A stretch of DNA of 64,000 bases from Nitrosopumilus sp. GTDB taxonomy: Archaea; Thermoproteota; Nitrososphaeria; Nitrososphaerales; Nitrosopumilaceae. Each line of letters begins with the position of its first letter. The first letter of the stretch is position 1. Positions 8,969 to 19,883 of the stretch are shown here, piece by piece. Below the pieces are notes generated by a model. It ran no database searches and was not told the DNA's origin. It saw only the letters and a list, made by a program, of their open reading frames with translations. The stretch spans positions 1,792,001 to 1,856,000 of the forward strand of contig OZ244650.1 of NCBI GenBank assembly GCA_965218785.1. The letters run 5' to 3'. A program made the translations under genes and the position numbers.

Positions 8969-10216
8969 TTTTAATAATTCTTTAGCTCTATCCAGTGAAA
9001 TCTTCTTCTCTTCAATCATTTTTTGAACAATTTTATCTATCTGCTCAGACTTGGCTCCTGCAGCGGCGGCAAGATTTCTTGCATGCAGGCGCATGTGTCC
9101 TTTTTGAATTCCCTCAGTTGCAAGCGCTCGGATGGCGCTATAATTTTGAGCCAGACCGGCAGCAGCCATTACGCATGCAAGTTCTTGGGCAGATGAAACG
9201 CCAAGAATCTTTGCGCAGACTTTTGCCGCAGGATGAACGTTTGCAACACCACCGACAATGCCAACAGAGAGTGGAAGTTCCAAAGTTCCAACCAAATTAC
9301 CGTCATCGTCCTTGTTCCATTTGCTAAGAGAACGGTATTTGCCAGATTTGACGGCATATGCATTTGCTGCGGCCTCGATGGCTCTACTATCCTGTCCGAC
9401 TGCATTTGCAACAGATATGGTTCCATTCATGATTCCCTTGTTGTGAGTGACTGCGCGATAGACATCATTATCTGCAAACTCAAAGGCCAGGACAATATCA
9501 TCAACGATCTTTTCTCCCCCGACTGCCTCTTTTTCAAATACCGCCGTAGCTTTGGCAATTCTTCTAGTGGAATAGTTTGACAATATGCGAAGAAGGGTTC
9601 TTCCACCGGTAATCTTTTCAATTAATGGGGAAACGGCTTCGCACATGGTATTTGTAATATTTGCACCCATAGCGTCTCCAACATCAATTAAGATTTCAAC
9701 GATTAGCATCTTTCCAGAAGGGGCATCAATCTCTTTACAGGAGATTTCCTTTGCACCTTTGCCCATTTTGGACAAAGTGCTGCTTTTGGAATTTGCCAGT
9801 TGTAGAATTTCACTTGAGGAATCATTGATTTTTTCAGATGCAGAAGCAATGTCGGCATCCAAAACTTGAATTTGTCCCATACTGTAAGATTCATCTGCTG
9901 TAACTAGGAACCCCCCTTTGATTCGCGCAGTTTTGGCCCCCTTGGATGCCGCTGCAATCACGGATGGTTCTTCAATAACCATTGGAACAAGGTAGTCCTT
10001 TCCATTAATCGTGAAATTCGTTGCAAGTCCCAATGGTAATGAGAATGTACCAATGGCATTTTCTACCATCTTATCGGCGCATTCAAAAGAGAGCCCGCCA
10101 TTACTGCTTCGTAAAACATTTAATTCTTCATTAGAAAGATTTGCAAAATCTGCAACAATGTCCAGTCTTTGCTCCCTTGACTTTTCAAAAAATTTTGAAA
10201 TTGATGAATCAGGCAT
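8954..10216 (-). CDS. mvaA: hydroxymethylglutaryl-CoA reductase, class II
   Basis: ENAIG, EEPSVIAA, DAMGAN, THNKGIMNG, GQDSRA, GIQKGHMRLH. Confidence 0.95.
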   Translation of the reverse strand: MPDSSISKFFEKSREQRLDIVADFANLSNEELNVLRSSNGGLSFECADKMVENAIGTFSLPLGLATNFTINGKDYLVPMVIEEPSVIAAASKGAKTARIKGGFLVTADESYSMGQIQVLDADIASASEKINDSSSEILQLANSKSSTLSKMGKGAKEISCKEIDAPSGKMLIVEILIDVGDAMGANITNTMCEAVSPLIEKITGGRTLLRILSNYSTRRIAKATAVFEKEAVGGEKIVDDIVLAFEFADNDVYRAVTHNKGIMNGTISVANAVGQDSRAIEAAANAYAVKSGKYRSLSKWNKDDDGNLVGTLELPLSVGIVGGVANVHPAAKVCAKILGVSSAQELACVMAAAGLAQNYSAIRALATEGIQKGHMRLHARNLAAAAGAKSEQIDKIVQKMIEEKKISLDRAKELLKFMRT

Positions 10217-10217
10217 C

Positions 10218-11309
10218 TTATTTCAATATCCTCAGTAGTTTATCATCCATACTATCAGGAAAACCTTTTCCATCGGTATTTGAAGTAATCACATAAAGAC
10301 TCCCATCTGGATCTTCGACGACATCACGAATGCGGCCAATTCCGCTAAGAATGGATTGTTGGGAGCTGAGTCCCTCTTTGAAATCCAACTGATACAAATT
10401 GGCGGCCCTCATGGAGGCCAGGATAAACGGAAATTCAAAATCAAGCGTGTCCCCGGTATAGAAAAGAATGCCGCCGGGTTCTATACTTGGATCGTAGCAA
10501 AGAACGGCATCCTCAAAAATTTCATCTCCCGAACACTGCTCTTCAGGCCAGCCATAATTTTTTCCCGGTTGAATCAGATTGATTTCATCATTTTTTTCCG
10601 GTCCAAATTCGGCTACAAACAGATTGCCGTTATCATCCCAGGTCATTCCCTGAGGATTTCTGTGACCAATGGAATAGACCGGAGAACCTGAAAATGGATT
10701 ATCATCAGGAATGCTGCCGTCATCGTTTAATCTCAGAATTTTTCCAGACAAGGAGTCAGGATCCTGTGGAAGATGGGAGGCATCAGAAGTGGTTCCGGTG
10801 CCTACATATAATTTTTCATCAGGTCCAAATTTTATAAAACCGCCGTTGGTAAATGAAGAGCCTGGAATTTTATCAAGTATGGTTGTGACATCTTGTAGTT
10901 TGTTTTCAAACTCGGTTATTTGCAAAATCTTATTCCACAAATTTCCATCTTCCTCATATGTTAAAAATACGTAGATAAAGTGGTTATTTGAAAAGTCCGG
11001 ATGCAGTGTAATCCCCAACAATCCACCATCAAACACGTTTGGAGTACGAAACACGGCCAGGGGTGATTCTAACAAATTATTGTCCTGAATAACTCTGATA
11101 AAACCGTCTTTTTCGGTCACAAAAATCCGATCATCAGAAACGGCAATTGCGCGGGGTTTGTCAAGATTTTCAGCCAGAATAGTTACAAAATCATTTTGGG
11201 AGTTTGATGTGGGTTTTGGTATCGGGAGAGGATCAGAGGGCGAAGTCAGGACAGATACTGAAAATATCACAGCTCCAACAATCGCGATGATTTGAATTTT
11301 TTTGTTCAC
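10218..11309 (-). CDS. PQQ-dependent sugar dehydrogenase (glucose/sorbosone dehydrogenase family), exported
   Basis: GGLLGITLHPDF, GHRNPQG, DEINLI..GKNYGWP, GRIRDV. Confidence 0.9.
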   Translation of the reverse strand: MNKKIQIIAIVGAVIFSVSVLTSPSDPLPIPKPTSNSQNDFVTILAENLDKPRAIAVSDDRIFVTEKDGFIRVIQDNNLLESPLAVFRTPNVFDGGLLGITLHPDFSNNHFIYVFLTYEEDGNLWNKILQITEFENKLQDVTTILDKIPGSSFTNGGFIKFGPDEKLYVGTGTTSDASHLPQDPDSLSGKILRLNDDGSIPDDNPFSGSPVYSIGHRNPQGMTWDDNGNLFVAEFGPEKNDEINLIQPGKNYGWPEEQCSGDEIFEDAVLCYDPSIEPGGILFYTGDTLDFEFPFILASMRAANLYQLDFKEGLSSQQSILSGIGRIRDVVEDPDGSLYVITSNTDGKGFPDSMDDKLLRILK

Positions 11310-11389
11310 AAAAGAAGTCTTTTCAAATCCTATTAATTACTTTCAAGAATTTGATAAAGCGTATATACGGCTGACCTTCATTTATGATC

Positions 11390-11479
11390 AGCGGGGTGGG
11401 GAAGTCAGACTGTTTAGGACTAGGTCATCCCGGCGGGCTCATAACCCGCAAATCAGTAGTTCAAATCTACTCCCCGCTA
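11390..11479 (+). tRNA. initiator tRNA-Met(CAT) with a 15-nt non-canonical intron in the D-loop (11409-11423)
   Basis: A1-U72 pair, anticodon arm GCGGG-CTCATAA-CCCGC, T-arm AGTAG-TTCAAAT-CTACT; bulge-helix-bulge AGTC/GACT with bulges AGA and AGG. Confidence 0.92.
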
Positions 11480-11481
11480 CT

Positions 11482-12810
11482 TTAGTCTCTATAAACGCAA
11501 AACCATGAAAGAGATTCATCAAATTTAGAAATTTTGTTAGACAGCCCCAATCGCTGCAATGGCCGCGTTAAATGCCGATGGGCAGACATTTCTGGGAGAT
11601 AGAGTTGTTTTTTGATTTTTCTTGGGATCTCAACTGATATCTTTTTGGAGGCTTTTTTCCCACATCGGATACATTGAAATCCCTGGTTCTGACCTTGGGA
11701 TTTCATTTTTTTGTTGCACTTTTTGCAGGGAGGGTTGGATTTTGAAACGTTCTTTTCAAGATCAAGAACGTCGATGAATTCAAGATTGATGATTCGGGGG
11801 AATTTTTTTGATGCTTTTCTAACACCTCCGCCTACGCGTATCTTATCACCCCTTGTCAAATTCGAGGCAACAGATGAAATTCCCGTAGGTTTGTAGACTG
11901 CGCACCAAAACTCGTGATTTTGGGAAATGATTTTAAAAAATACATGACCGCCATTTGCTATTTTTGGCGTGTCTGATACAACCCCAGTTATTTTTCCAGA
12001 GGCGTATGGTTTCATGCTCTCCAAAGTTAATTCATTTTTCAAATGATCACCTGTCCCCTGATTAGATTTGAAGATCATGTAACCGTCCAATTTTTCATCA
12101 CTCTTCAGAATCCTTGTGGCGTACACCAACGACGAAACATTTTCACCCCTGACACCATAAAATACCGGATCAGGTCCGTGGGGAGTAATCAGAATTCGTC
12201 CTTTTTTGGTATCAAAACTATTAAACGTATCAGGAAAAGTCTTTTCCTGCATAATTTTCACACTTGATGCACAGATACTCCTCTGCTTTCCGAATTTGGT
12301 TTTTTTACGATAACTCAATAGTTCCAATGTGTGATCTTCAAAGTCATATCCTATTGCACCGATTGCGCCGACAAGTCCCTGTCCGTTTCCCTGATAGAAA
12401 AAATCAAGATCGTTTTCTTGTGCAAATTTTTTTGCATTTTTTCTGTTAATTAATTGCCACATAGCCAAATTGCTGAAATTTGTAAGGTCGGGTGGAATTT
12501 CATCACTTTCAAAAAACACCAAGCCGGGATTTGCGCCGTTTTTAACATCAGAATATTTTGAGACAAGATTTCTAATCTGTGTTTTTATCCTAGAGGGATT
12601 TGCAGTCTTTATTTGGATTGAGACTGCGCCGTTTCCGCGAGTTTTCCATGGAATATTGGGATTAAATCGAACCAGTCTTGGAAAATCAAGGAATTCTGTT
12701 TTCTGTTTTTTCAGTGAATCAACGATTTTGTATGCCAGAAACGTGGTACACATTCCCTTGGGGGAGTCAGTGTCATCAAATCCAACATGAAGCGTTGTTT
12801 TTTCGGCCAT
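11482..12810 (-). CDS. tiaS: tRNA(Ile2) 2-agmatinylcytidine synthetase
   Basis: GFDDTDS..GMCTT, NPNIPWKTRGNGA, PHGPDPVFYGVRG, SNQGT, C-terminal Zn ribbon, RHLTRP. Confidence 0.95.
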   Translation of the reverse strand: MAEKTTLHVGFDDTDSPKGMCTTFLAYKIVDSLKKQKTEFLDFPRLVRFNPNIPWKTRGNGAVSIQIKTANPSRIKTQIRNLVSKYSDVKNGANPGLVFFESDEIPPDLTNFSNLAMWQLINRKNAKKFAQENDLDFFYQGNGQGLVGAIGAIGYDFEDHTLELLSYRKKTKFGKQRSICASSVKIMQEKTFPDTFNSFDTKKGRILITPHGPDPVFYGVRGENVSSLVYATRILKSDEKLDGYMIFKSNQGTGDHLKNELTLESMKPYASGKITGVVSDTPKIANGGHVFFKIISQNHEFWCAVYKPTGISSVASNLTRGDKIRVGGGVRKASKKFPRIINLEFIDVLDLEKNVSKSNPPCKKCNKKMKSQGQNQGFQCIRCGKKASKKISVEIPRKIKKQLYLPEMSAHRHLTRPLQRLGLSNKISKFDESLSWFCVYRD

Positions 12811-12892
12811 GAATCAGCAGGGGTGGCTCGGACATTTTTAGTTGTTGGAGGTACAGTTGATTTAAATTAATAATGCCCGATTCCAAGCTGAA

Positions 12893-13888
12893 TTGATAGT
12901 AATAGACCAGGACAGAATCTTCAGGGAGATTGAGGAGAAAAATCCCGCATCTGTTTCATTAAACGGTCCTGATGGAATATTGCCCCAGGTTCAAGAAATG
13001 GCCATGAAGATTACGGAAAAATTCGCAATTCCTGCATATATTTTGGCAGACACCACGTGGGGAACCTGTGATCTGAATTCAAATGGTTCTAAAATACTCG
13101 GGGCGGAGATCCAGTTTAATATCGGACATACAATAAACACCGAGTCACCAGAGGAGAATCTAGTCCTAATTGACGCATTTGATAATGTCGAATTTGACAG
13201 TGTTGCAAAAAAATGTGCCAATACTTTGAAGGGAAAAACAATTTCACTAGTTACAGATAGTCAGCATCTGCACCAGATAGACAAGGTTGAAAAAATTTTA
13301 ACAGAAAGTGGAATCAACGTAAGGATTGGAAAGGGAAAGGGGCAGTTAAATGACGGTCAGGTGTTTGGCTGTGAATTTTATCCCGCATCGGAATTAAAAA
13401 GAGAGGTTGATGCGTATGTCTTTCTAGGACAGAGCAATTTTCATGCGGCAGGAATCGCACTATCAACGAATTTGCCAACCTATGTCTTGGATCCCTACTT
13501 TAATGAAGTAAGAGAGGTTACAGAGTTTGCACAGAAATTAAAAAAGAAAGCTACTCTTGCAATATACAAGGCAGCAGAGGCAAAATCATTTGGGGTGATT
13601 GTGGGGCTAAAGGAAGGACAGCTATCCAAGGTGTTTGCCTTGAAGATCAAAAGAGAGCTGGAAAAAGAGGGGAAACAGGTTCAATTGTTTGCACTAACAG
13701 ACATTACAAATGAGAGATTGAAGAATCTCAGGGGAATTGATGCTTTTATTCAGGTCGCATGTCCAAGAATTTCCACAGACAATCAATTTGACAAGCCGTT
13801 GTTATCCACGCCACAGGCAAACGCCCTGCTCAAAATTTTACGAAATGAGAGCATCGATGAATATCTACAGATACCACATTGGTTATAG
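12893..13888 (+). CDS. dph2: diphthamide biosynthesis enzyme Dph2
   Basis: TWGTCD, GQVFGCE and QVACPRI Fe-S cysteines. Confidence 0.93.
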   Translation: MIVIDQDRIFREIEEKNPASVSLNGPDGILPQVQEMAMKITEKFAIPAYILADTTWGTCDLNSNGSKILGAEIQFNIGHTINTESPEENLVLIDAFDNVEFDSVAKKCANTLKGKTISLVTDSQHLHQIDKVEKILTESGINVRIGKGKGQLNDGQVFGCEFYPASELKREVDAYVFLGQSNFHAAGIALSTNLPTYVLDPYFNEVREVTEFAQKLKKKATLAIYKAAEAKSFGVIVGLKEGQLSKVFALKIKRELEKEGKQVQLFALTDITNERLKNLRGIDAFIQVACPRISTDNQFDKPLLSTPQANALLKILRNESIDEYLQIPHWL

Positions 13889-14488
13889 TCAGGACACCAA
13901 TTTTTTAAATCTGGAATTCTCTGATAATTTTTCAAATGATTTGGATTTTTTTGCCTTTATTTTGTACTGTGCTCCCTGCGAAATTGCGTGCTCAAGCAAG
14001 TCAAGTGCACTGTCAACTTTTGACAGCATTGCAAGAACACATGATTTGTCAAAGAGGACATCGCCATTATCCGGATAATCCTTTAGAATGATATCACAGC
14101 ATGAAAGGGATTCATCAAACCGCTTCATGGAGGATAAAATTCGTTCCTTGTGGTATAATACGATATTATACTTTGGATTGTCATTTAGAACGTCATTACA
14201 CAGTGATAACGCCTCGACAAAATCCCCTTTTTTTCGAAGGGAGGATATCTTGTTAATTAATACGGAGAGATCATCTGGATGTTTTTGTAAGGCAGTGTCA
14301 TAGCACCTTATTGCATTATCAAAATCCCCGAGTTTGCTTAGGGCATATCCCTTATTGTTAAGCGAACTGAGATGAGCCGGGTCGTCATCTAGAATTTTCT
14401 CATAATACGAAATTGCCTCTTCTAGCTTGCCCTGAAGAAACAGCCTGTTGCCCTCGTCTAAAATTGAATTGGTTTTAGGATCGGTCAT
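13889..14488 (-). CDS. tetratricopeptide repeat protein
   Basis: Repeated NNKGYAL..GDFDNAIRCYD-type TPR units. Confidence 0.9.
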   Translation of the reverse strand: MTDPKTNSILDEGNRLFLQGKLEEAISYYEKILDDDPAHLSSLNNKGYALSKLGDFDNAIRCYDTALQKHPDDLSVLINKISSLRKKGDFVEALSLCNDVLNDNPKYNIVLYHKERILSSMKRFDESLSCCDIILKDYPDNGDVLFDKSCVLAMLSKVDSALDLLEHAISQGAQYKIKAKKSKSFEKLSENSRFKKLVS

Positions 14489-14489
14489 A

Positions 14490-15569
14490 TCAATCAGGAT
14501 TTGGTTTCATCAGGATTTTGCCAAAACGTCCCTTTCCTTTGAGCATTTTTGTATGAGCTTCGGCTGCTTGCTCTAGTGGATATGTTGAATCAATTATGGA
14601 TCTTATTTTTCCCCGGGACATCCAGTAAAGACCCTGTTCCAGCTCGGCCCTGGTTCCCTGGGTCGAACCTAGAATGTTGATTCCTTTAAAGAAGATATAG
14701 CGCAGGTCAGTCTTGGCATCATAACCCGTCGTGGCGCCAGTTGTCACAATTGTTCCACCGTAACTTAGCAGGGAGAGTTCTTTATTCCAATGAGAGCCGC
14801 CAATATGCTCAAAAATCACATCGACTCCGGGAACATCGCCGTATGGTTTGGAAAGTTTTTTTGAGATCGCTCTAACCTCTTTGTACCAATCATCGTTTCG
14901 GTGATCTACTGCATAATCAGCACCTAGTTCCAATAATTTATCTAGTTTGTCAGGACTGGCAGTGGCAATCACCGTGCATCCAAAAAGTTTTGCAATTTGA
15001 ATTCCATAATTTCCAACACCGGAGCTTCCGCCCATAATCAAAACCAGTTGTCCGGGCCGGATTTTTGCCCTGCCAATAAGCATGTGCCATGATGTAACTA
15101 GCGTCATCGAGGCGGCTGCGGCATCATCATACGATACGCCGTCTGGAATCCTTACAACATTGACTTCGGGAAGATGAGTCTCCTCACAGTATCCGCCCCA
15201 GAGTGGACCGGTTTGAAAACCCCAGATTGTTCGCTTTGTACAGTCGTATTCCCGTCCATCAGTACAGGCTTTGCAGACTCTGCATGAAATGTTTCCATGA
15301 GATACCACCCTGTCTCCAACTTTGACGTGTCTTACATTGCGGCCGACTTTGATAACCTCCCCTGCGGCATCGGTTCCAGAAATATGAGGCAGCGGAATTG
15401 CCAGGGGTTTTCCCCTCATTCCCCAGATATCATCATAGTTTAATGACGCTGCCTTGACCTTGAAGATAACTTCATGGGGCGCAGGCTCTGGAGAAGGAAC
15501 GTCCTTGATTTTTAAAATTTTAGAAAAATCATCATTATCAGCATATTGATCATACACCAGGGCTCTCAT
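14490..15569 (-). CDS. MDR-family zinc-binding dehydrogenase/enoyl-CoA reductase (acryloyl-CoA reductase candidate), paralogue 1
   Basis: Structural Zn CRVCKAC...C and GGSSGVG; catalytic Zn Cys replaced (SLNYDD). Confidence 0.88.
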   Translation of the reverse strand: MRALVYDQYADNDDFSKILKIKDVPSPEPAPHEVIFKVKAASLNYDDIWGMRGKPLAIPLPHISGTDAAGEVIKVGRNVRHVKVGDRVVSHGNISCRVCKACTDGREYDCTKRTIWGFQTGPLWGGYCEETHLPEVNVVRIPDGVSYDDAAAASMTLVTSWHMLIGRAKIRPGQLVLIMGGSSGVGNYGIQIAKLFGCTVIATASPDKLDKLLELGADYAVDHRNDDWYKEVRAISKKLSKPYGDVPGVDVIFEHIGGSHWNKELSLLSYGGTIVTTGATTGYDAKTDLRYIFFKGINILGSTQGTRAELEQGLYWMSRGKIRSIIDSTYPLEQAAEAHTKMLKGKGRFGKILMKPNPD

Positions 15570-15652
15570 GGTTTTTTTTAAATTTTTAGAGATATATGAT
15601 TTGCCAATGTCTCACCACAAACAATTATAATCATAACAGCGAAAATCATATC

Positions 15653-16204
15653 ATGTCAAATAATACAATATTTCCAGGGGACAAAATAGCATCTATTGAG
15701 GAATATGAGGCAGGATACAACGCTTTTGATGATGGGGATATGGTCAGAGCGGCAACAGTGGGGCAAAAAGAAACGGATAGCAAGACACGAACCGTCAATA
15801 TCAGGCACCCAAAATCCCTGTCAATTCCAAAAGTAGGGGATATTGTTATCGGGACTGTGGCAGCAGTGATGTCATCTATGATTGCAGTATCAATAGACTA
15901 CATCAACGGCAAGCCTACCATATCAAAAGTAGAGTGCATATGTTCAACGCGAAATATCAGAAGAAAGAACGTGGCCCTAGTTAGTGATATAATTACATTG
16001 AAGATACTTAATCATCTTAATGGAACAATTCATGCAACAGTTGATGAGCCACATCTGGGGGTATTATTTACAAAATGTAGAAAATGTGGAAATAAGGTTG
16101 TTTTAATGCGCGATGCCATAAAATGTACAGAATGCTCTTGGATTGATGAGAGAAAGCTTTCTGCAAATTTTGGCAACGGTGATTTTGTAAAACTGAGAGA
16201 CTAG
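15653..16204 (+). CDS. csl4: exosome RNA-binding subunit Csl4
   Basis: FPGDKIASIEEY, S1 domain, CRKC..CTEC Zn ribbon, ERKLS. Confidence 0.92.
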   Translation: MSNNTIFPGDKIASIEEYEAGYNAFDDGDMVRAATVGQKETDSKTRTVNIRHPKSLSIPKVGDIVIGTVAAVMSSMIAVSIDYINGKPTISKVECICSTRNIRRKNVALVSDIITLKILNHLNGTIHATVDEPHLGVLFTKCRKCGNKVVLMRDAIKCTECSWIDERKLSANFGNGDFVKLRD

Positions 16205-16207
16205 GAA

Positions 16208-17022
16208 ATGATACGTGTTTCGTTCCAAGGTGAACGGGGGCATACAGTGAAGCTGCGGCAAGATCATTTTTTAATGAAGAAAGTCAGGCTGTTCCCCTTG
16301 CAACATTTGCAGAGGTTTTAGAGAATACGGCTAGGGATAAAACAGAATATGCAATTTTGCCTGTGGAGAATTCATTGGAAGGAAGTGTTGGTGAGAGTTA
16401 TGACCTGCTTTATTTAACATCCTTGAATGCCACAGGCGAGATTTATCACAGAATTGAGCACTGTCTGATCGGAGTCGGAAAGCTAGAGGAGATAGATACC
16501 GTGTATTCACATCCCCAGGCATTGGGTCAGTGCAGGAAATTCATCGAACGGCACGGCATGAAAACAATTCCCTCATACGATACGGCAGGCAGTGTAAAAA
16601 TTGTCAAGGAGCTTGACAACAAAAATTATGCGTGTATAGCCAGCAAAACAGCTTCGGTCATATACGACATGCCTGTTATCTCCGAAAACATTGCAAATAA
16701 TTCAAACAACCATACGAGGTTTTTGGTCCTGTCAAAAAAGGAATCTCCGGAAACAGGAAATGACAAGACATCAATAATTTTTTCCATCAAACACGAGCCA
16801 GGCTCATTATATAGGATAATGGAGAATTTCTACAAAAATGATGTCAATCTTACAAAAATAGAATCAAGACCCACTAAAACCAATACATGGGAATACAACT
16901 TTTATGTGGATTTTGAGGGTCATAAAAAAAATACCCGGATTTCAGAAATGTTGGAAAAAATAAAGCAGGAAACGTTATTCATGAAGGTATTGGGTTCGTA
17001 TCCCTGTGCAAAACTAGGCTAA
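16208..17022 (+). CDS. pheA: prephenate dehydratase, frameshifted at a G5 run (16236-16240); pseudogene or sequencing error
   Basis: MIRVSFQGERG in one frame continues as AYSEAAA..PVENS..SHPQALGQC..NHTRF..ESRP in another; adding one G restores a single ORF. Confidence 0.88.
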
Positions 17023-17486
17023 AATCCCTTGGGTTTTCTCAAGGTAAAACCCATACTAAACCCGATAATGACCATGCCTGAAATAATCACCATGAGATCA
17101 AAAGTAAACCAGATTGGATCGGCGCTTCTAACTAACACTCCCGTAATTTCCAATTCCGTACTTCCTGTATTTTGAATTTGGATCTTTGTTTCACCATCCA
17201 CTAGATGGGTCCACGCAAGACTGGCTTTGTCCTTATAGGATTCTTGTGGAATCTGCAATCCATCGCCGGGACTTGCAAGTTTTAGATCAAAGGAGGCACC
17301 CACGATTTCCATGGACTGTTTGGTGTTGGCAGGTGCGGGAATTATGTAACCTGCAGAATCGCCGACAACGACTAGATAATTTTCATTAATGGTGATTGGC
17401 CCAATATGCTGAATTAAGGAAATGCCGCCAATTCCAATAATTGCACTTCCGATTACCAGTCCAATAATGGTTCTTTTGGAGAGCAT
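17019..17486 (-). CDS. hypothetical membrane protein (N- and C-terminal TM helices)
   Basis: Hydrophobic termini around a beta-rich middle. Confidence 0.75.
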   Translation of the reverse strand: MLSKRTIIGLVIGSAIIGIGGISLIQHIGPITINENYLVVVGDSAGYIIPAPANTKQSMEIVGASFDLKLASPGDGLQIPQESYKDKASLAWTHLVDGETKIQIQNTGSTELEITGVLVRSADPIWFTFDLMVIISGMVIIGFSMGFTLRKPKGF

Positions 17487-17521
17487 GATTCACTAGATTC
17501 AGATACCGTTTAAAAAATTAT

Positions 17522-18952
17522 CTACATCAAGGAGACATCATGAGGCTGGCTTTCTGCAAATCCAGCCCGTGACATTTTGATAAATTCTGCATTTTCCTGC
17601 ATTTGAGGAATCGTATGTGCGCCACAGTAGCTCAGTCCGGAACGCACGCCTCCCGTAAGTTGTTTTAGAATATCAGTCACAGTTCCCTTGTAGGGAACCA
17701 TGGCTTCCACCCCTTCTGCGACATAATCATTAAGATCATCATCAAGTGAAATAAAGCCTGTTTCCTTGGATTTTCTGCCAATCGAGGCTGCAAGAGAGGC
17801 CATTCCGCGATAGACTTTGAAGCGTTTTCCATTTTTAGTCAAGACCGTGCCAGGTGACTCGTCGGTGCCGCCAAGTATGCTGCCCACCATTACAGATGAC
17901 GCACCTGCGGCCAATGCTTTTGTTGCATCACCGGAAGTTCTAGTACCGCCATCGGAAATTATTGGAATGTCATGATCCTTGCCGACCTTTGCACAGTCCA
18001 TTACCGCAGTCAACTGGGGCACGCCTGAACCGGTGATGACTCTGGTAATACAAATTGACCCGGAACCTACGCCGACTTTTACTGCATCGACTCCCGCCTT
18101 TATCAAATCCTCGGCTCCCCGGGCAGTTGCAACGTTGCCTGCAATTAATTCACAGGCTGGAAATGCTTTTTTGATATTATGAATTGTGTTTAGTTCGTTT
18201 TCACTGTGGCCGTGTGCGATGTCAACAACAAGTACGTCAGCTCCTGCCTCCAAAAGGGATTCACTTCTTTCTAAAAAATCCCCCTTCACACCAACTGCCG
18301 CCCCGACTAGCGGTCTTCCTTTCTTGTCTTTGGATGCATTTGGATAATCCGCATTATTTGTAATGTCTTTGCTTGTAATCAGGCCCTTGATAATTCCCGA
18401 ATCATCAACTATCGGCAGTTTCTCAATTCTATGCTTATGTAAAATGGATTTTGCCTCATCTAGTGTAACCCCGGGTTTTGCAGTTACAACGTCCCTGGTC
18501 ATAACATCATGAATTGGATTGTTGGTATTGGCAAACAGTGAATCCCGTTCGGTTATTATTCCCACCAATTTAGAACCGGAATCAACTACCAAGAGGCCGG
18601 AGATTTGTTTGTCTTCTGCATAGTCTAAAGCATCCTGTACAGATTTATCAGAAGATATGGAGTATGGGTTTTCTATCATTACGCTTCCTGAACGCTTTAC
18701 CTTGAGGACCTCGTGGGATTGTTCTGAAATAGTCAAAAACCTATGAATAATTCCCAGACCGCCGGCACGTGCCATGGCCATTGCCATGGATGATTCTGTG
18801 ACAGTATCCATATTTGCGCTAAGAAAGGGGATGTTAATTGAGATGTTTTTGGATAGTTTGGTACTCAGATCGGTTTGACTTCTGCTTGTAATATCTGAAT
18901 ATTTGGGTACAAGAAGAACGTCGTCAAAAGTTAATCCTTCTCTGAATTCCAA
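17522..18952 (-). CDS. guaB: IMP dehydrogenase
   Basis: [11 protein letters not shown] pair, [17 protein letters not shown]. Confidence 0.97.
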   Translation of the reverse strand: MEFREGLTFDDVLLVPKYSDITSRSQTDLSTKLSKNISINIPFLSANMDTVTESSMAMAMARAGGLGIIHRFLTISEQSHEVLKVKRSGSVMIENPYSISSDKSVQDALDYAEDKQISGLLVVDSGSKLVGIITERDSLFANTNNPIHDVMTRDVVTAKPGVTLDEAKSILHKHRIEKLPIVDDSGIIKGLITSKDITNNADYPNASKDKKGRPLVGAAVGVKGDFLERSESLLEAGADVLVVDIAHGHSENELNTIHNIKKAFPACELIAGNVATARGAEDLIKAGVDAVKVGVGSGSICITRVITGSGVPQLTAVMDCAKVGKDHDIPIISDGGTRTSGDATKALAAGASSVMVGSILGGTDESPGTVLTKNGKRFKVYRGMASLAASIGRKSKETGFISLDDDLNDYVAEGVEAMVPYKGTVTDILKQLTGGVRSGLSYCGAHTIPQMQENAEFIKMSRAGFAESQPHDVSLM

Positions 18953-18997
18953 TGAAACCTTGTTAAGAAAGTTGAATATTGATTATAAGCCTTTGTG

Positions 18998-19849
18998 TCA
19001 TTTTGACAGTCCTGAGGCAATTGTTATTGCCTCCTTAGTTGCATCAACACTATGGGTACGAATAATGTCGGCGCCATTAATAACAGATATCGCCTCGGCA
19101 GCTATCGATCCAAATAATCGATCAGACGGATTTTTTTTGCCTAAAATACTTCCTAGAAAGGATTTATTTGAAACAGAGACCAATATGGAATGGTTTTGCT
19201 TTATAGATTTCAAACTTTTAATGACGGATAGATCCCTTTCCACCCAGTCTGACTTTATTTTTGTAAAAAACGGACCCTGCCCGGTTTTTCGGAAAAATCC
19301 TATGGCAGGATCCAATACGATTTTTTCAGATGGAACATGGGATTTTTTTGCAATTTGCAAGCTTTCCTTGAGTAGTTTCCGGGTTGCAGTTACAGCATTC
19401 CCAAGGACGGTTTTGGAATCATATGCACATAAAATCAGAGACGGGGCAAATTCTGAAACAACATCCTGCATCTTTTTATCATATTTTAATCCGGAGATAT
19501 CATTGATTATATCAACACCGTGTTCTAATGCATCTCGGGCAACTCTGGCCCTGCAGGTATCAACAGAAACCGGCAGATTGGAAACATTTTGGATTATTTT
19601 GATGGCATCAAGAATTCTTTTTGATTCGAGTTTTTCTGAGATTATTGTGGACAGATAAGGGGCAGTAGACATGCCGCCAACATCAATAAAATCCGCGCCC
19701 CCGTCTTCCATTTGTTTTACGGCGTTTTTTACCTGTGTTTTGGTTATGTGAACGGATTTTTTGTAAAATGATTCAGGACTGGTGTTTAGAATGCCCATTA
19801 TACGTACGGGGTTTTTTCCTCCTACCCGTACATTTCCAATTCTGGTCAC
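18998..19849 (-). CDS. folP: dihydropteroate synthase
   Basis: MGILNTSPESFY, DVGGMSTAP, SVDT, DPAIGF, SNKSF, IIRTH; start placed at GTG 19849, divergent from the mptE-like gene. Confidence 0.9.
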   Translation of the reverse strand: MTRIGNVRVGGKNPVRIMGILNTSPESFYKKSVHITKTQVKNAVKQMEDGGADFIDVGGMSTAPYLSTIISEKLESKRILDAIKIIQNVSNLPVSVDTCRARVARDALEHGVDIINDISGLKYDKKMQDVVSEFAPSLILCAYDSKTVLGNAVTATRKLLKESLQIAKKSHVPSEKIVLDPAIGFFRKTGQGPFFTKIKSDWVERDLSVIKSLKSIKQNHSILVSVSNKSFLGSILGKKNPSDRLFGSIAAEAISVINGADIIRTHSVDATKEAITIASGLSK

Positions 19850-19883
19850 AGGGTTTATCAAAAACCAATCCAATTTGAGTGAT

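Noticed and set aside
11390-11479. tRNA-Ile2(CAT), suggested by adjacency to tiaS
   Set aside because: A1-U72 and three consecutive G-C pairs in the anticodon stem mark initiator Met
18903-19658. 251-aa antisense ORF (likewise 4572-5204, 32523-33191, 62643-63233)
   Set aside because: Antisense shadows of well-supported genes with no recognisable motifs
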